Assembly (NCBI GenBank): GCA_965229765.1
Contig: CBDDJT010000003.1
Span: forward strand, 967,311-1,031,310
DNA: 64,000 nt
Direction of reading: 5' to 3'
Origin: Paracoccaceae bacterium
GTDB lineage: Bacteria; Pseudomonadota; Alphaproteobacteria; Rhodobacterales; Rhodobacteraceae
The notes under the pieces were generated by a model. The model was not told where the DNA came from, did not search any database, and worked only from the letters and a program-made list of their open reading frames with translations. Both the position numbers and the translations under genes were made by a program. How positions within the stretch are numbered: position 1 is the stretch's first letter; each line of letters starts with the position of its first letter. Shown here one piece after another: positions 36,241 to 44,413 of this stretch.

Positions 36241-37821
36241 TCAGGCCGTCAGCGTCAGCCCCAGACTGCGGAAAGTGTCCAGCGGATAGTCCGGCCGCAT
36301 CAGGTGGCCGATCTCGAAGCCCGGCTCGACCGCACGCAGGCGGGCGGCATAGCGCTCGGCCTGCGCCGTGTCGCCAACCAGCCCCGACAGCGCCACCATG
36401 TAGCGCAAGGCGGGACGGTAGCCGGGCATCCCGATATGGCTTTGCCGGGTGTAATCCAGCGCCTCGTCCACCTTGCCCACGGACAACGCGGCCAGCGCCC
36501 GCTGCATGTGCCAGATGAACTCGTGCCGCAGCCCGCGCGCGGCATCCGACGCCCGGCACGACAGCGCATAGCTGTCGCCGGGGCGGCCAAGCAGCGTCGC
36601 GGCATGGCCTGCGGCGGCCAGCGCATAAGGGTTCACCGCGTCAAGCGCCACGGCCCGTGCGGCAAGGTGCCAGCCCCGGTCCACGTCGCCCTCAAGCTTC
36701 ATGGCCACCTGCGCGGCCAGCGCCAGCACCATCGGGTTGGTCTGCCCCAGCATCAGCGCCTCCCGCGCCAGCTGAAGCGCCTCGTCGGCCTGCCGGCCTG
36801 CATCGGCGCGCAACTCGATCACACTCGTCAGCCGCTGATAACCGCGCAACGCCTGCACCAGCGGCAAGGCGTCGTCCAGCTCGATCAGGCTGGACAGGAT
36901 GTCCTCGGCCGCCGTGATGTCGCGCCTTTGCCCGGTGAACAGCAAGGCCAGCGCCTGCTGCACCCGGAAGAACCCGTTGCCGCGGAAATCGCGCAAGCCG
37001 CGCTCGAAGATCGCCACCAGCACAAGGTTCTGAAAGGCGGAAAATTCGGCGCCCTCGGCGGCGCGGTCCGGCGGGCCGGGCAGATGCGCGCGCCCCGACC
37101 ACAGGAAATGCCCCTGCCGTGGCGAAATCAGGCGCACCATGACCCGAACGCCGCCGGGGTCCACCGCGCTGCCCATCTCCAGCACCAGGTCGGGCGGGGC
37201 GGCATCCCCGGGCACCCGGTCCTCCAGTTCCAGCACGATCGGCCCCTGGTCGGCCAGCCGCCGCGCAAGGGCGTCAACCAGGTCCTCTTCGACCCAGGGC
37301 GCACCGGCGCGCCCGTCCCAGCCCTGCCGCGTGATCCGGATACGCAGCGAACGGCCGGGGATGGCGGGGGCCGCGGGCGCATCCTGCCCCGGCCCGCGCT
37401 GCGCGCCGCGGGCCGCATTCTCGGCGGCGGCCGCAAGCCGCCAGTCCTGGAACCCCGACGCCCCGATATTCAGCTCGGCCAGAAAATCCTCGGACCCGCA
37501 GGCCGGGTCGATCTCGACCCGGACCTCGGCCTCCAGCCAGACAGCCCATTTGTCGGCCCGAAGCACGCCCCGGTAGGGCCCCAGCGCGGTGCGAATGTTG
37601 CTCAGCGCGCGTCGGAAGCTGGCGTTGCCCTTTCCGTCCGGGCTGTCACCCCAAAGCATGTCCTGCAACCAGATGCGCGTGCGCCTGCGTCCCGGAGCCA
37701 GCGCAAGCATGGCCAGGACAGCACGCTCCTTCACCGCGCGCGGCGTCATGGACGCTGATCCCGGACCACCGGCGTGCACACGCACACCTGTGCCCAGCAC
37801 CAGCACCAGGCGGTCTGTCAT
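36241..37821 (-). CDS. Transcriptional regulator: N-terminal winged-helix (OmpR/CadC/SARP-type) DNA-binding domain plus a long C-terminal TPR-like helical repeat region
   Basis: The wHTH pattern is MTPRAVKERAVLAMLALAPGRRRTRIWLQDMLWGDSPDGKGNASFRRALSNIRTAL. The C-terminal half is Ala/Leu-rich helical repeats. The internal ATG 37821 was chosen (MTDRLVLVLG). Confidence 0.6.
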   Translation of the reverse strand: MTDRLVLVLGTGVRVHAGGPGSASMTPRAVKERAVLAMLALAPGRRRTRIWLQDMLWGDSPDGKGNASFRRALSNIRTALGPYRGVLRADKWAVWLEAEVRVEIDPACGSEDFLAELNIGASGFQDWRLAAAAENAARGAQRGPGQDAPAAPAIPGRSLRIRITRQGWDGRAGAPWVEEDLVDALARRLADQGPIVLELEDRVPGDAAPPDLVLEMGSAVDPGGVRVMVRLISPRQGHFLWSGRAHLPGPPDRAAEGAEFSAFQNLVLVAIFERGLRDFRGNGFFRVQQALALLFTGQRRDITAAEDILSSLIELDDALPLVQALRGYQRLTSVIELRADAGRQADEALQLAREALMLGQTNPMVLALAAQVAMKLEGDVDRGWHLAARAVALDAVNPYALAAAGHAATLLGRPGDSYALSCRASDAARGLRHEFIWHMQRALAALSVGKVDEALDYTRQSHIGMPGYRPALRYMVALSGLVGDTAQAERYAARLRAVEPGFEIGHLMRPDYPLDTFRSLGLTLTA

Positions 37822-37992
37822 CTGCTTTACCCCCATCCCGGCGGCCCGGATTCCGGGAACGCACCGGGCCCCAACGGACCGGCATCCAGATTGACGTTGC
37901 GTCAACGCTGCTGCTGCAACGGACCGCCGTCAACCAATCCGAACGCTGCCCGACCACATTTCACCGGCCCGTGTCATTTGGGCAAAAGCTGC

Positions 37993-38901
37993 TCAGGGCC
38001 AGTCCGCGTGCGATCGCTCCGGTGCCCGGGCCAGCCCGCCCCCTGCGCGCAATCGCCGCCGGTAGGTGGCCGGCGGCAGCCCGATGCGCTGCCGGAAGAA
38101 GGCCGAGAACTGGGCAGCCGTGCGAAACCCCAGATGCTGGGCCACCTGATCAACCGTGCGCGCCGACCGCGCCAGAAGGGTCTCGGCCTCGTGAACCAGT
38201 CGTTCATGGATCAGTTGCTGCGGCGGTCGTCCCAGCTCTCGGGTGCAGATGTCGTGAAGCCGGTCCGGCGTCAGGCCAAGGGCCTCGGCATAGCGCGCCA
38301 CCTTCCAGCGGTCGCGGAAATGCACCTCCAGCAACTGGCGGAACTGCCGCAGCGCCTGCGGCGCGGGACCCTGCGTTCCCACCTCGCCCCGCGCCGGCGC
38401 CGCCGCGCGCCACAGCATCACCAGCAACACGCGCACCTGCGCCTCGATCACGGTTTCCGAGCCATCGGCACGCTCTGCCGCCTCGCGCAGGATAAGTCCG
38501 AAAAGCTGGCCCGCCAGCGGGCGCAGTCCCGTCTCGCCATCAAGCGGCAAAAGCACCCGCCGGTCCGCCGTCAGCCGCAGGTCCGTCGCCTCTGGCCGCA
38601 TCCCCAGCGCGCTGGTCAGCGCCCGCTCGCCCAGGATGAGAAGCGCGCCCGCCATCCCCGCCCGCGCAGTAAGCCGCATGTCGTCACGCCAAGGCAGCCA
38701 CAGCAGCGCCGGGCCCGCGATCTCTTCGCTCGCGGCGGCTGCGGTCAGGCGCACGCGCCCCCGGTCCACCAGCACCACGCGCCAGCTCCGCTCGCCCAGA
38801 TCGACAAGCCCGCCAAGCCGACGGTCCTGCAACCCGCCGCGCACCGGTTCGGCGTAAAGCCCCGGCCCGGGACCTGCAAGGAAACCTGAATTCCGTGACA
38901 T
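37993..38901 (-). CDS. AraC-family transcriptional regulator
   Basis: The C-terminal double HTH is VARYAEALGLTPDRLHDICTRELGRPPQQLIHERLVHEAETLLARSARTVDQVAQHLGFRTAAQFSAFFRQRIGLPPATYR. The start is uncertain: ATG 38901 is preferred, ATG 38937 is the alternative. The long track ORF to 39516 is a shadow extension. Confidence 0.8.
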   Translation of the reverse strand: MSRNSGFLAGPGPGLYAEPVRGGLQDRRLGGLVDLGERSWRVVLVDRGRVRLTAAAASEEIAGPALLWLPWRDDMRLTARAGMAGALLILGERALTSALGMRPEATDLRLTADRRVLLPLDGETGLRPLAGQLFGLILREAAERADGSETVIEAQVRVLLVMLWRAAAPARGEVGTQGPAPQALRQFRQLLEVHFRDRWKVARYAEALGLTPDRLHDICTRELGRPPQQLIHERLVHEAETLLARSARTVDQVAQHLGFRTAAQFSAFFRQRIGLPPATYRRRLRAGGGLARAPERSHADWP

Positions 38902-38911
38902 TCCCCAGACT

Positions 38912-38940
38912 TTGACAATATTTTCCCGAATTTCCATATT
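38912..38940 (+). promoter_or_regulatory. Sigma-70-like promoter candidate for the aldehyde dehydrogenase / ABC operon
   Basis: TTGACA lies at 38912-38917, followed by a 17-nt spacer and CATATT at 38935-38940. The element sits in the only AT-rich stretch of the divergent araC/ALDH spacer. Confidence 0.3.
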
Positions 38941-39024
38941 TTCTTTTCGCCCAGACACCCAATCATCCCTGACAACAACAATCAGAGCCGTTCGGCACCG
39001 CCGACTGGCCAGGGAGGATCCCGG

Positions 39025-40422
39025 GTGTACCAAGGGGACACCGCAGCCTTGCTGCGGCCGGACCAGATTGATCGCGACGACACCGCCGTCGCTGCCGCCG
39101 AGGCGGCGGCAGACCGTGCGGCGTCGGCGTTCTGGGACTGGTCCTCGACACCCGCCGACACCCGCCGCGCGCTTCTTCTCAACTTCGCCGAGGCCATCAG
39201 CGACAATTCCGACCGGCTCCGACGGGCGGCCGCATCCGAGATCGGCGCCGCCCCCGGCTGGGTCGATTTCAACATCGCCCTCGCGCGGCAGGTTCTGAAG
39301 AGCGCCGCCGACCTTATCCCGATGCTGGCCGACATAGTGCATGACGACGCCGCCCATGGCGCGCGCTCGATCCTGCGCCGGCAGCCCGTCGGCGTGGTGC
39401 TGGGCATCGCGCCGTGGAACGCCCCCATCGTTCTGGCGGTCCGCGCCATGGCGGGGCCTCTGGCCTGCGGCAACACGGTTGTGCTCAAGGCGTCGGAACA
39501 CTGCCCCGAAACCCACCGCCTGCTGGTCGATACCCTCAACGATGCGGGCCTGCCTCCCGGCGTGGCGAATGTCGTCACCAACCTGCCCGACCGGTCAGAG
39601 GCCGTGGTGCAAAGCCTCATCGCCCATCCGGCGGTGCGCCGCGTCAACTTCACCGGCTCGACCCGGGTGGGGCGCAGTGTGGCGCGGATGGCGGCGATCC
39701 ACCTGAAACGCTGCCTGCTGGAACTGTCGGGCAAGGCGCCGCTGATCGTGCTGGACGACGCCGATCTCGACGCCGCGGTCGAGGCGGCTGCCTTCGGTGC
39801 CTTCTTCAATCAGGGCCAGATCTGCATGTCGACGGAACGCATCATCGTTCTGGACAGCGTGGCGGATGCTTTCGCCGACCGGCTGGTCAGGCGCACGGCC
39901 AAGCTTTCGGCCGCCGATCCGCGCCGGGCCATCGCGCCGCTCGGCACGCTCATCAACGCCGAGGCGGCCCAGCGCGTCCGCGCGCTGATCGACGATGCCG
40001 TGTCCAAGGGCGCCATCCTGCGCATCGGCGGAGAGGTCGACGGCGCCGTGATGCAGCCCGCGGTCGTCGACAGGGTCGGCGCGCAGATGGCGCTTTACCA
40101 CGACGAAAGCTTCGGGCCCGTCGCCAGCGTCCTGCGCGTGCAGGACGAGGACGAGGCCCTGTCGATCGCGAATGATACCGAGTTCGGCCTTGCCGCCGCC
40201 GTCCACAGCCGCGACACCGACCGCGCCATGCGTCTGGCCGACCGGCTGGAAACCGGCATCGTGCATATCAACGGCCCCACCGTCTTCGACGACCCCGCCA
40301 TGCCCTTTGGCGGCATGAAGGCGTCGGGCTACGGACGCTTCGGCGGCGCCGCCTCGCTCGACGAGTTCACCGAATTGCGCTGGATCGCGCAGCACGCGGC
40401 GGGTGCGCCGCACCCGCTCTGA
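39025..40422 (+). CDS. NAD(P)-dependent aldehyde dehydrogenase
   Basis: GGGAGGA lies upstream of GTG 39025. Motifs: VLGIAPWNAPI, VVLKASEHCP, ELSGKAPLIVLDDAD, and FFNQGQICMSTERII (catalytic Cys). Confidence 0.85.
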   Translation: MYQGDTAALLRPDQIDRDDTAVAAAEAAADRAASAFWDWSSTPADTRRALLLNFAEAISDNSDRLRRAAASEIGAAPGWVDFNIALARQVLKSAADLIPMLADIVHDDAAHGARSILRRQPVGVVLGIAPWNAPIVLAVRAMAGPLACGNTVVLKASEHCPETHRLLVDTLNDAGLPPGVANVVTNLPDRSEAVVQSLIAHPAVRRVNFTGSTRVGRSVARMAAIHLKRCLLELSGKAPLIVLDDADLDAAVEAAAFGAFFNQGQICMSTERIIVLDSVADAFADRLVRRTAKLSAADPRRAIAPLGTLINAEAAQRVRALIDDAVSKGAILRIGGEVDGAVMQPAVVDRVGAQMALYHDESFGPVASVLRVQDEDEALSIANDTEFGLAAAVHSRDTDRAMRLADRLETGIVHINGPTVFDDPAMPFGGMKASGYGRFGGAASLDEFTELRWIAQHAAGAPHPL

Positions 40423-40453
40423 CACCGCGGAAATACAACCGGGAGGAAACGAC

Positions 40454-41671
40454 ATGAAACGCAGAACGACCCTCAAGCTGACAGCCGCGCTCGCGCTGTC
40501 GACCGCGCTCGGCGGCGCGGCGCTGGCCGGCAGCCATTCGGCCGACCCGATCGTGATCGGGGCAGTCGCGCCCAAGACCGGCCCGCTGGCCGGCGGGGCG
40601 GCCGTGACCCACTGGCCCAACATCCGGCTCTGGGCCGAACAGGTGAACGCCCGCGGCGGCCTGAACGTCGACGGCACCATGCGCATGGTCGAGATCATCG
40701 AATACGACGACCAGACCAACCCCGGCGAAACCATCAAGGCCGTCCAGCGTCTTGCCACCCAGGACGAGGCCGATTTCATAATCGCGCCCTTCGCCACCGG
40801 TCTGAACATCGCCGCGGCCCCGATCTTCGCGCGCTACGGCTATCCGCAGATCTCGGTCTCGAACATCACCGACCAGGTCGAGGATCTGGCGTCGAAATTC
40901 CCCAACATGTTCTTCACGCTGGGCTCGACCTCGGCCTTCGCCAGCGACGTGGTGCGGATCCTTTCGGAAATGCGTGACGCGGGCCAGCTGACCGGCAACC
41001 GCATCGCGATGGTCAACGTGGCCGACGCCTTCGGCATCGAACTGGCCGCCGCCGCGCGCCCGCTGTTCGAAGAAGCCGGCTTTGAAATCGTCTATGACAC
41101 CAGCTACCCGCTGGGCACGCAGGACCTGTCGCCGGTGGTCAAGGCCGCCAAGGACGCCGAACCCAACGCCTTCGTCGCGTGGTCCTATCCGCCCGACACG
41201 TTCGGGTTGACCGAACAGGCGATCATCGAGGATCTTCAGGTCGAGGCGTTCTATACCGCCGTCGCCACCTGCTTCCCGGCCTTCGGCGGCCGCTTCGGCG
41301 CACAGGCCGAGGGCATCCTCGGCGCGGGCGGCGTGAACCCCGACAGCGAGGCGTTCAAGGAATACGCCGCCGCGCACGAGGCCGCGACCGGCGCCAAGCC
41401 CGACTACTGGGCCTCTGCCACGACCTATGCGTCGCTTCAGATCCTTGAACAGGCGATCGAGACCGTCGGCCTCGACCGCGAGGCCGTGTCGGCCCACCTG
41501 AAGGAAGCCACCTTCACCACGGTGCTGGGCGACATCAGCTTCAACGAGAACAACTTCAACGAAGCGTTCTGGACCGTCGGCCAGTGGCAGGACGGCGTGT
41601 TCCGCGGCGTCGCCGAAACCGGCCGCGAGGGCGCGTCGACCGTCCGCGTGAAGTCCGGCTGGGGCTCCTGA
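40454..41671 (+). CDS. Branched-chain-amino-acid-type (LivJ/Leu-Ile-Val-binding family) ABC substrate-binding protein
   Basis: GGGAGGAA lies upstream of ATG 40454. The signal peptide is MKRRTTLKLTAALALSTALGGAALAG. The pattern is periplasmic type I, and livHMGF-like genes follow. Confidence 0.8.
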   Translation: MKRRTTLKLTAALALSTALGGAALAGSHSADPIVIGAVAPKTGPLAGGAAVTHWPNIRLWAEQVNARGGLNVDGTMRMVEIIEYDDQTNPGETIKAVQRLATQDEADFIIAPFATGLNIAAAPIFARYGYPQISVSNITDQVEDLASKFPNMFFTLGSTSAFASDVVRILSEMRDAGQLTGNRIAMVNVADAFGIELAAAARPLFEEAGFEIVYDTSYPLGTQDLSPVVKAAKDAEPNAFVAWSYPPDTFGLTEQAIIEDLQVEAFYTAVATCFPAFGGRFGAQAEGILGAGGVNPDSEAFKEYAAAHEAATGAKPDYWASATTYASLQILEQAIETVGLDREAVSAHLKEATFTTVLGDISFNENNFNEAFWTVGQWQDGVFRGVAETGREGASTVRVKSGWGS

Positions 41672-41728
41672 TAACGACCGGGCCGGCCCTGAACACCGGG
41701 GCCGGCCCCCACCTGAACGGGACGCGCG

Positions 41729-42595
41729 ATGGACATCTTTCTGACAGGCCTTCTGCTTGGCGGCACCTATGCGCTGATCGCGATGGGGCTGAACCTGCAA
41801 TATGGCGTCGCCCGCATCATGAACCTTGCCAACGGCGAAATGCTGGTGGCCGGCGGCTTCTGCGCGTTCTGGTTCTACACCGCCGGACAGGTCTCGCCCT
41901 TTCTGACGGTGGCCATCGTCGCGCCGCTTGCCTTCGCGGCGAACTGGCTGATCTATCAGGTGATGCTGCGCCCGCTGGTCAAGCGCGCCAAGACCCGTGG
42001 TCAGCTTGAAACGGATTCCATTCTTGCGACATTCGGACTGTCCTTCGTGGCCGTGGGCCTGATGCTGGCGGTCTTCGGCGGGGACTATTTCAACTATTCC
42101 TACCTGTCGCGCCCCGTCACCTTCGCGGGCGAGAACTATGGCCTGAACCGCGTCGCGGCCTTCCTTGGCGCCGTGGTCATCTGCGGGCTGCTCTACCTGT
42201 GGCTCAACCGCAGCCGCGCCGGCCTGTCGATGCGCGCCATCGCCACCGCGCCCGCCAGCGCCCGCCTTGTCGGCATCAGCGTGGGCCACCTCGCGGCCAT
42301 CGCCTTTGCCCTTGGCGGCGCGGTCACGGCGACCGGCGGCGCGCTGATCTCGACCTTCCTGACGCTCGACGCCTCGACCGGGGTGATGTTCACGCTCAAG
42401 GCGCTGATCATCGTCATCATGGGCGGCGTCGGCGACGTGCGCGGCACCATCGTCGCCGCGCTCCTGCTCGGCGTCGTCGAAACCCTCGTCGCCAGCCTGA
42501 TCGACCCGGGCCTGACGCTGGCCGCCGCCTACACGCTCTTCATCCTTATCCTGCTGTTCCGCCCGCAGGGCCTGTTCGGAAGGCGCCAGACATGA
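41729..42595 (+). CDS. Branched-chain-type ABC transporter permease (LivH-like)
   Basis: The polytopic 288-aa protein begins MDIFLTGLLLGGTYALIAMGLNLQYG, which is typical of LivH. Confidence 0.85.
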   Translation: MDIFLTGLLLGGTYALIAMGLNLQYGVARIMNLANGEMLVAGGFCAFWFYTAGQVSPFLTVAIVAPLAFAANWLIYQVMLRPLVKRAKTRGQLETDSILATFGLSFVAVGLMLAVFGGDYFNYSYLSRPVTFAGENYGLNRVAAFLGAVVICGLLYLWLNRSRAGLSMRAIATAPASARLVGISVGHLAAIAFALGGAVTATGGALISTFLTLDASTGVMFTLKALIIVIMGGVGDVRGTIVAALLLGVVETLVASLIDPGLTLAAAYTLFILILLFRPQGLFGRRQT

Positions 42596-43524
42596 CCGCG
42601 TCCGAAATCCGCACGCTCCTTCTCGCCGCCGTCGGCCTCGGCATCGCCGCGCTCCTGCCGCTTACCGGCTCGGGCTACTGGCTGGGCCTCGGGCTCAACA
42701 TCGCCATGTTCACGGTGCTCGCCACCAGCTGGGCGCTCTTCTCCGGGCCGACCCACTATATCTCGCTGGCCACCGCCGCCTTCTTCGGGCTGGGCACCTA
42801 TACCGTGGGCCTTGGGTTCGAGACTCTGCCCTACTGGTCGCTTGTCGCCCTCGCCGGCGTCCTCGGCGCCGTCCTCGCCGCGCTCGTGGGCCTCGCCACG
42901 CTGCGCCTGTCTGGCGTCTACTTCGTGATCTTCACGCTGGGCCTTGCCGAACTCGTGCGCCAGGTCATCACCTGGGCACAGAACATGTCGGGGCAAAAGG
43001 GCCTCTACGTCCTGACCGACATCACCGAGGATCACATCTACTGGCAACTGGTCGGGCTGGCGGCTGTCGTCTACCTCGCGGGCTGGCTGATCGGACGCTC
43101 GCGCCTCGGCTTCGCGTTGCGCATCATCGGCGACGACGAAGAGGTCGCGCGCCACTCGGGCATCGACACCGCCCGCGCCAAGGTTCTGCTTTTCATGGTG
43201 CCGGGCGCGGTCGCCGCGATCACCGGCGCGATGCTGGCGCCACGCTACGTCTATATCGAACCCTCGCTCGCCTTCACCCCGATGCTGTCCTTCCAGGTGG
43301 TCATCATGGCCCTGCTGGGCGGGTCCGGCCGGCTTTGGGGGCCGCTGGTGGGCGTGATCCCCTTCGCCCTCATGTGGGAAACGATCTCGTCGACCTTTCC
43401 CAACCAGACGATGCTGTTGCTTGGCGTGACCTTCCTCGTCATCGTCTATGTCCTGCCCAAGGGCTTCGTCGGGCTGATCGAGACCATCCGGCGCAGGCTG
43501 ACAAACCGCGAGGGCTGGACATGA
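42592..43524 (+). CDS. Branched-chain-type ABC transporter permease (LivM-like)
   Basis: ATG 42592 overlaps the livH-like stop. The protein is polytopic and about 310 aa. Confidence 0.8.
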   Translation: MTASEIRTLLLAAVGLGIAALLPLTGSGYWLGLGLNIAMFTVLATSWALFSGPTHYISLATAAFFGLGTYTVGLGFETLPYWSLVALAGVLGAVLAALVGLATLRLSGVYFVIFTLGLAELVRQVITWAQNMSGQKGLYVLTDITEDHIYWQLVGLAAVVYLAGWLIGRSRLGFALRIIGDDEEVARHSGIDTARAKVLLFMVPGAVAAITGAMLAPRYVYIEPSLAFTPMLSFQVVIMALLGGSGRLWGPLVGVIPFALMWETISSTFPNQTMLLLGVTFLVIVYVLPKGFVGLIETIRRRLTNREGWT

Positions 43525-44258
43525 GAGCCGCCGCCCCCGTCCTGTCGGTCCGCGGCGCGACAAAGCGCTTCGGCGGGCTCGTGGCCGTCAACGCCATCGA
43601 CTTCGACGTGACCGAACATCAGGTCATGGGCCTGATCGGGCCGAACGGCTCCGGCAAGTCGACCACGCTCAACCTGATCTCGGGCGCGCTGAAACCCACC
43701 GCCGGCACGATCTCGCTGCGCGGCACGCCGATCACCGGACTGGCGCCCCAGCGTATCACCCACAAGGGCATCGCCCGCACCTTCCAGCTGGTGCGCCTGC
43801 TGCCGTCGATGAACGTGCGCGACAACGTGGTGGCCGGCGCCGTCTTTGGGCACCGCCGCCGCTGGGGGGCAGAGGCGGCGGCACATGCCGACGCGCTCCT
43901 TGACCGGGTGGGCCTTGGCGGCAAGGGCGACATGCCGGTGGGGCAGCTGACCTATATCGATACCAAGCGGGTGGAACTTGCTCGCGTGCTGGCGGGGGAC
44001 CCGACGCTTCTGCTGCTCGACGAATGGCTGGCGGGGCTGAACCCGACCGAACTGGGGATCGGAATCGACCTGATCCGCTCGCTCCGGGACGAAGGCCGCA
44101 CGATCATCCTTGTGGAACACGTCATGGACGCCATCCGCTCGCTCTGCGACCGCTGCGTGGTGATGTCCTCGGGCAGCAAGATCGCCGAAGGCACGCCCGC
44201 GCAGGTGCTTTCCGACGCGGACGTGATCCGCGCCTACCTGGGGGATGACGATGACTAG
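43521..44258 (+). CDS. ABC transporter ATP-binding protein (LivG-like)
   Basis: ATG 43521 overlaps the preceding stop. Walker A is GPNGSGKST. Walker B is LLLLDEWLAGLNP. Confidence 0.85.
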   Translation: MRAAAPVLSVRGATKRFGGLVAVNAIDFDVTEHQVMGLIGPNGSGKSTTLNLISGALKPTAGTISLRGTPITGLAPQRITHKGIARTFQLVRLLPSMNVRDNVVAGAVFGHRRRWGAEAAAHADALLDRVGLGGKGDMPVGQLTYIDTKRVELARVLAGDPTLLLLDEWLAGLNPTELGIGIDLIRSLRDEGRTIILVEHVMDAIRSLCDRCVVMSSGSKIAEGTPAQVLSDADVIRAYLGDDDD

Positions 44259-44278
44259 GCGCCCCCCTCACCACCGTG

Positions 44279-44394
44279 GCAGGGTTTTCGAAAACCCTGC
44301 GAAAGAGCCTTCGAAGGCTCTTTCGGGCCCCGGCCCGGCGACCCGCGCGCAAGAGCTTTCGAAAGCTCTTGCCAAAATTCTTCGAAGAATTTTG
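44279..44394. repeat. Four perfect TTCGAA-centred palindromes (two abutting pairs) in the livG/livF spacer
   Basis: The four are gcagggttttc|gaaaaccctgc (44279-44300), gaaagagccttc|gaaggctctttc (44301-44324), gcaagagctttc|gaaagctcttgc (44349-44372) and caaaattcttc|gaagaattttg (44373-44394). Confidence 0.95.
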
Positions 44395-44413
44395 CCCGCA
44401 ACGGAGACTGCCG

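Noticed and set aside
34906-37758. The 950-aa + ORF spanning the S8-like gene end and the whole regulator gene, and similar ORFs (34244..35275, 33138..34337, 31722..33062, 32086..33354)
   Set aside because: They are Arg-rich and low-complexity, cross gene boundaries and carry no motifs. The chosen frames have recognisable family motifs and RBS/coupling signals.
38902-39516. The upstream part of the 507-aa ORF 37993..39516, read as a long N-terminal domain of the AraC regulator
   Set aside because: That part runs antisense through the ALDH gene and the AT-rich promoter spacer, and its composition is that of a shadow frame. The AraC-type protein is complete from about ATG 38901/38937.
44276-44413. 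The N-terminal extension of the livF-like ORF (MAGFSKTLRKSLRRLFRAP...KFFEEFCPQRRLP)
   Set aside because: This 'peptide' is simply the translation of the four TTCGAA palindromes. The canonical LivF N-terminus MLEVQGLSV starts at ATG 44414 and has its own RBS-like GGAGA.
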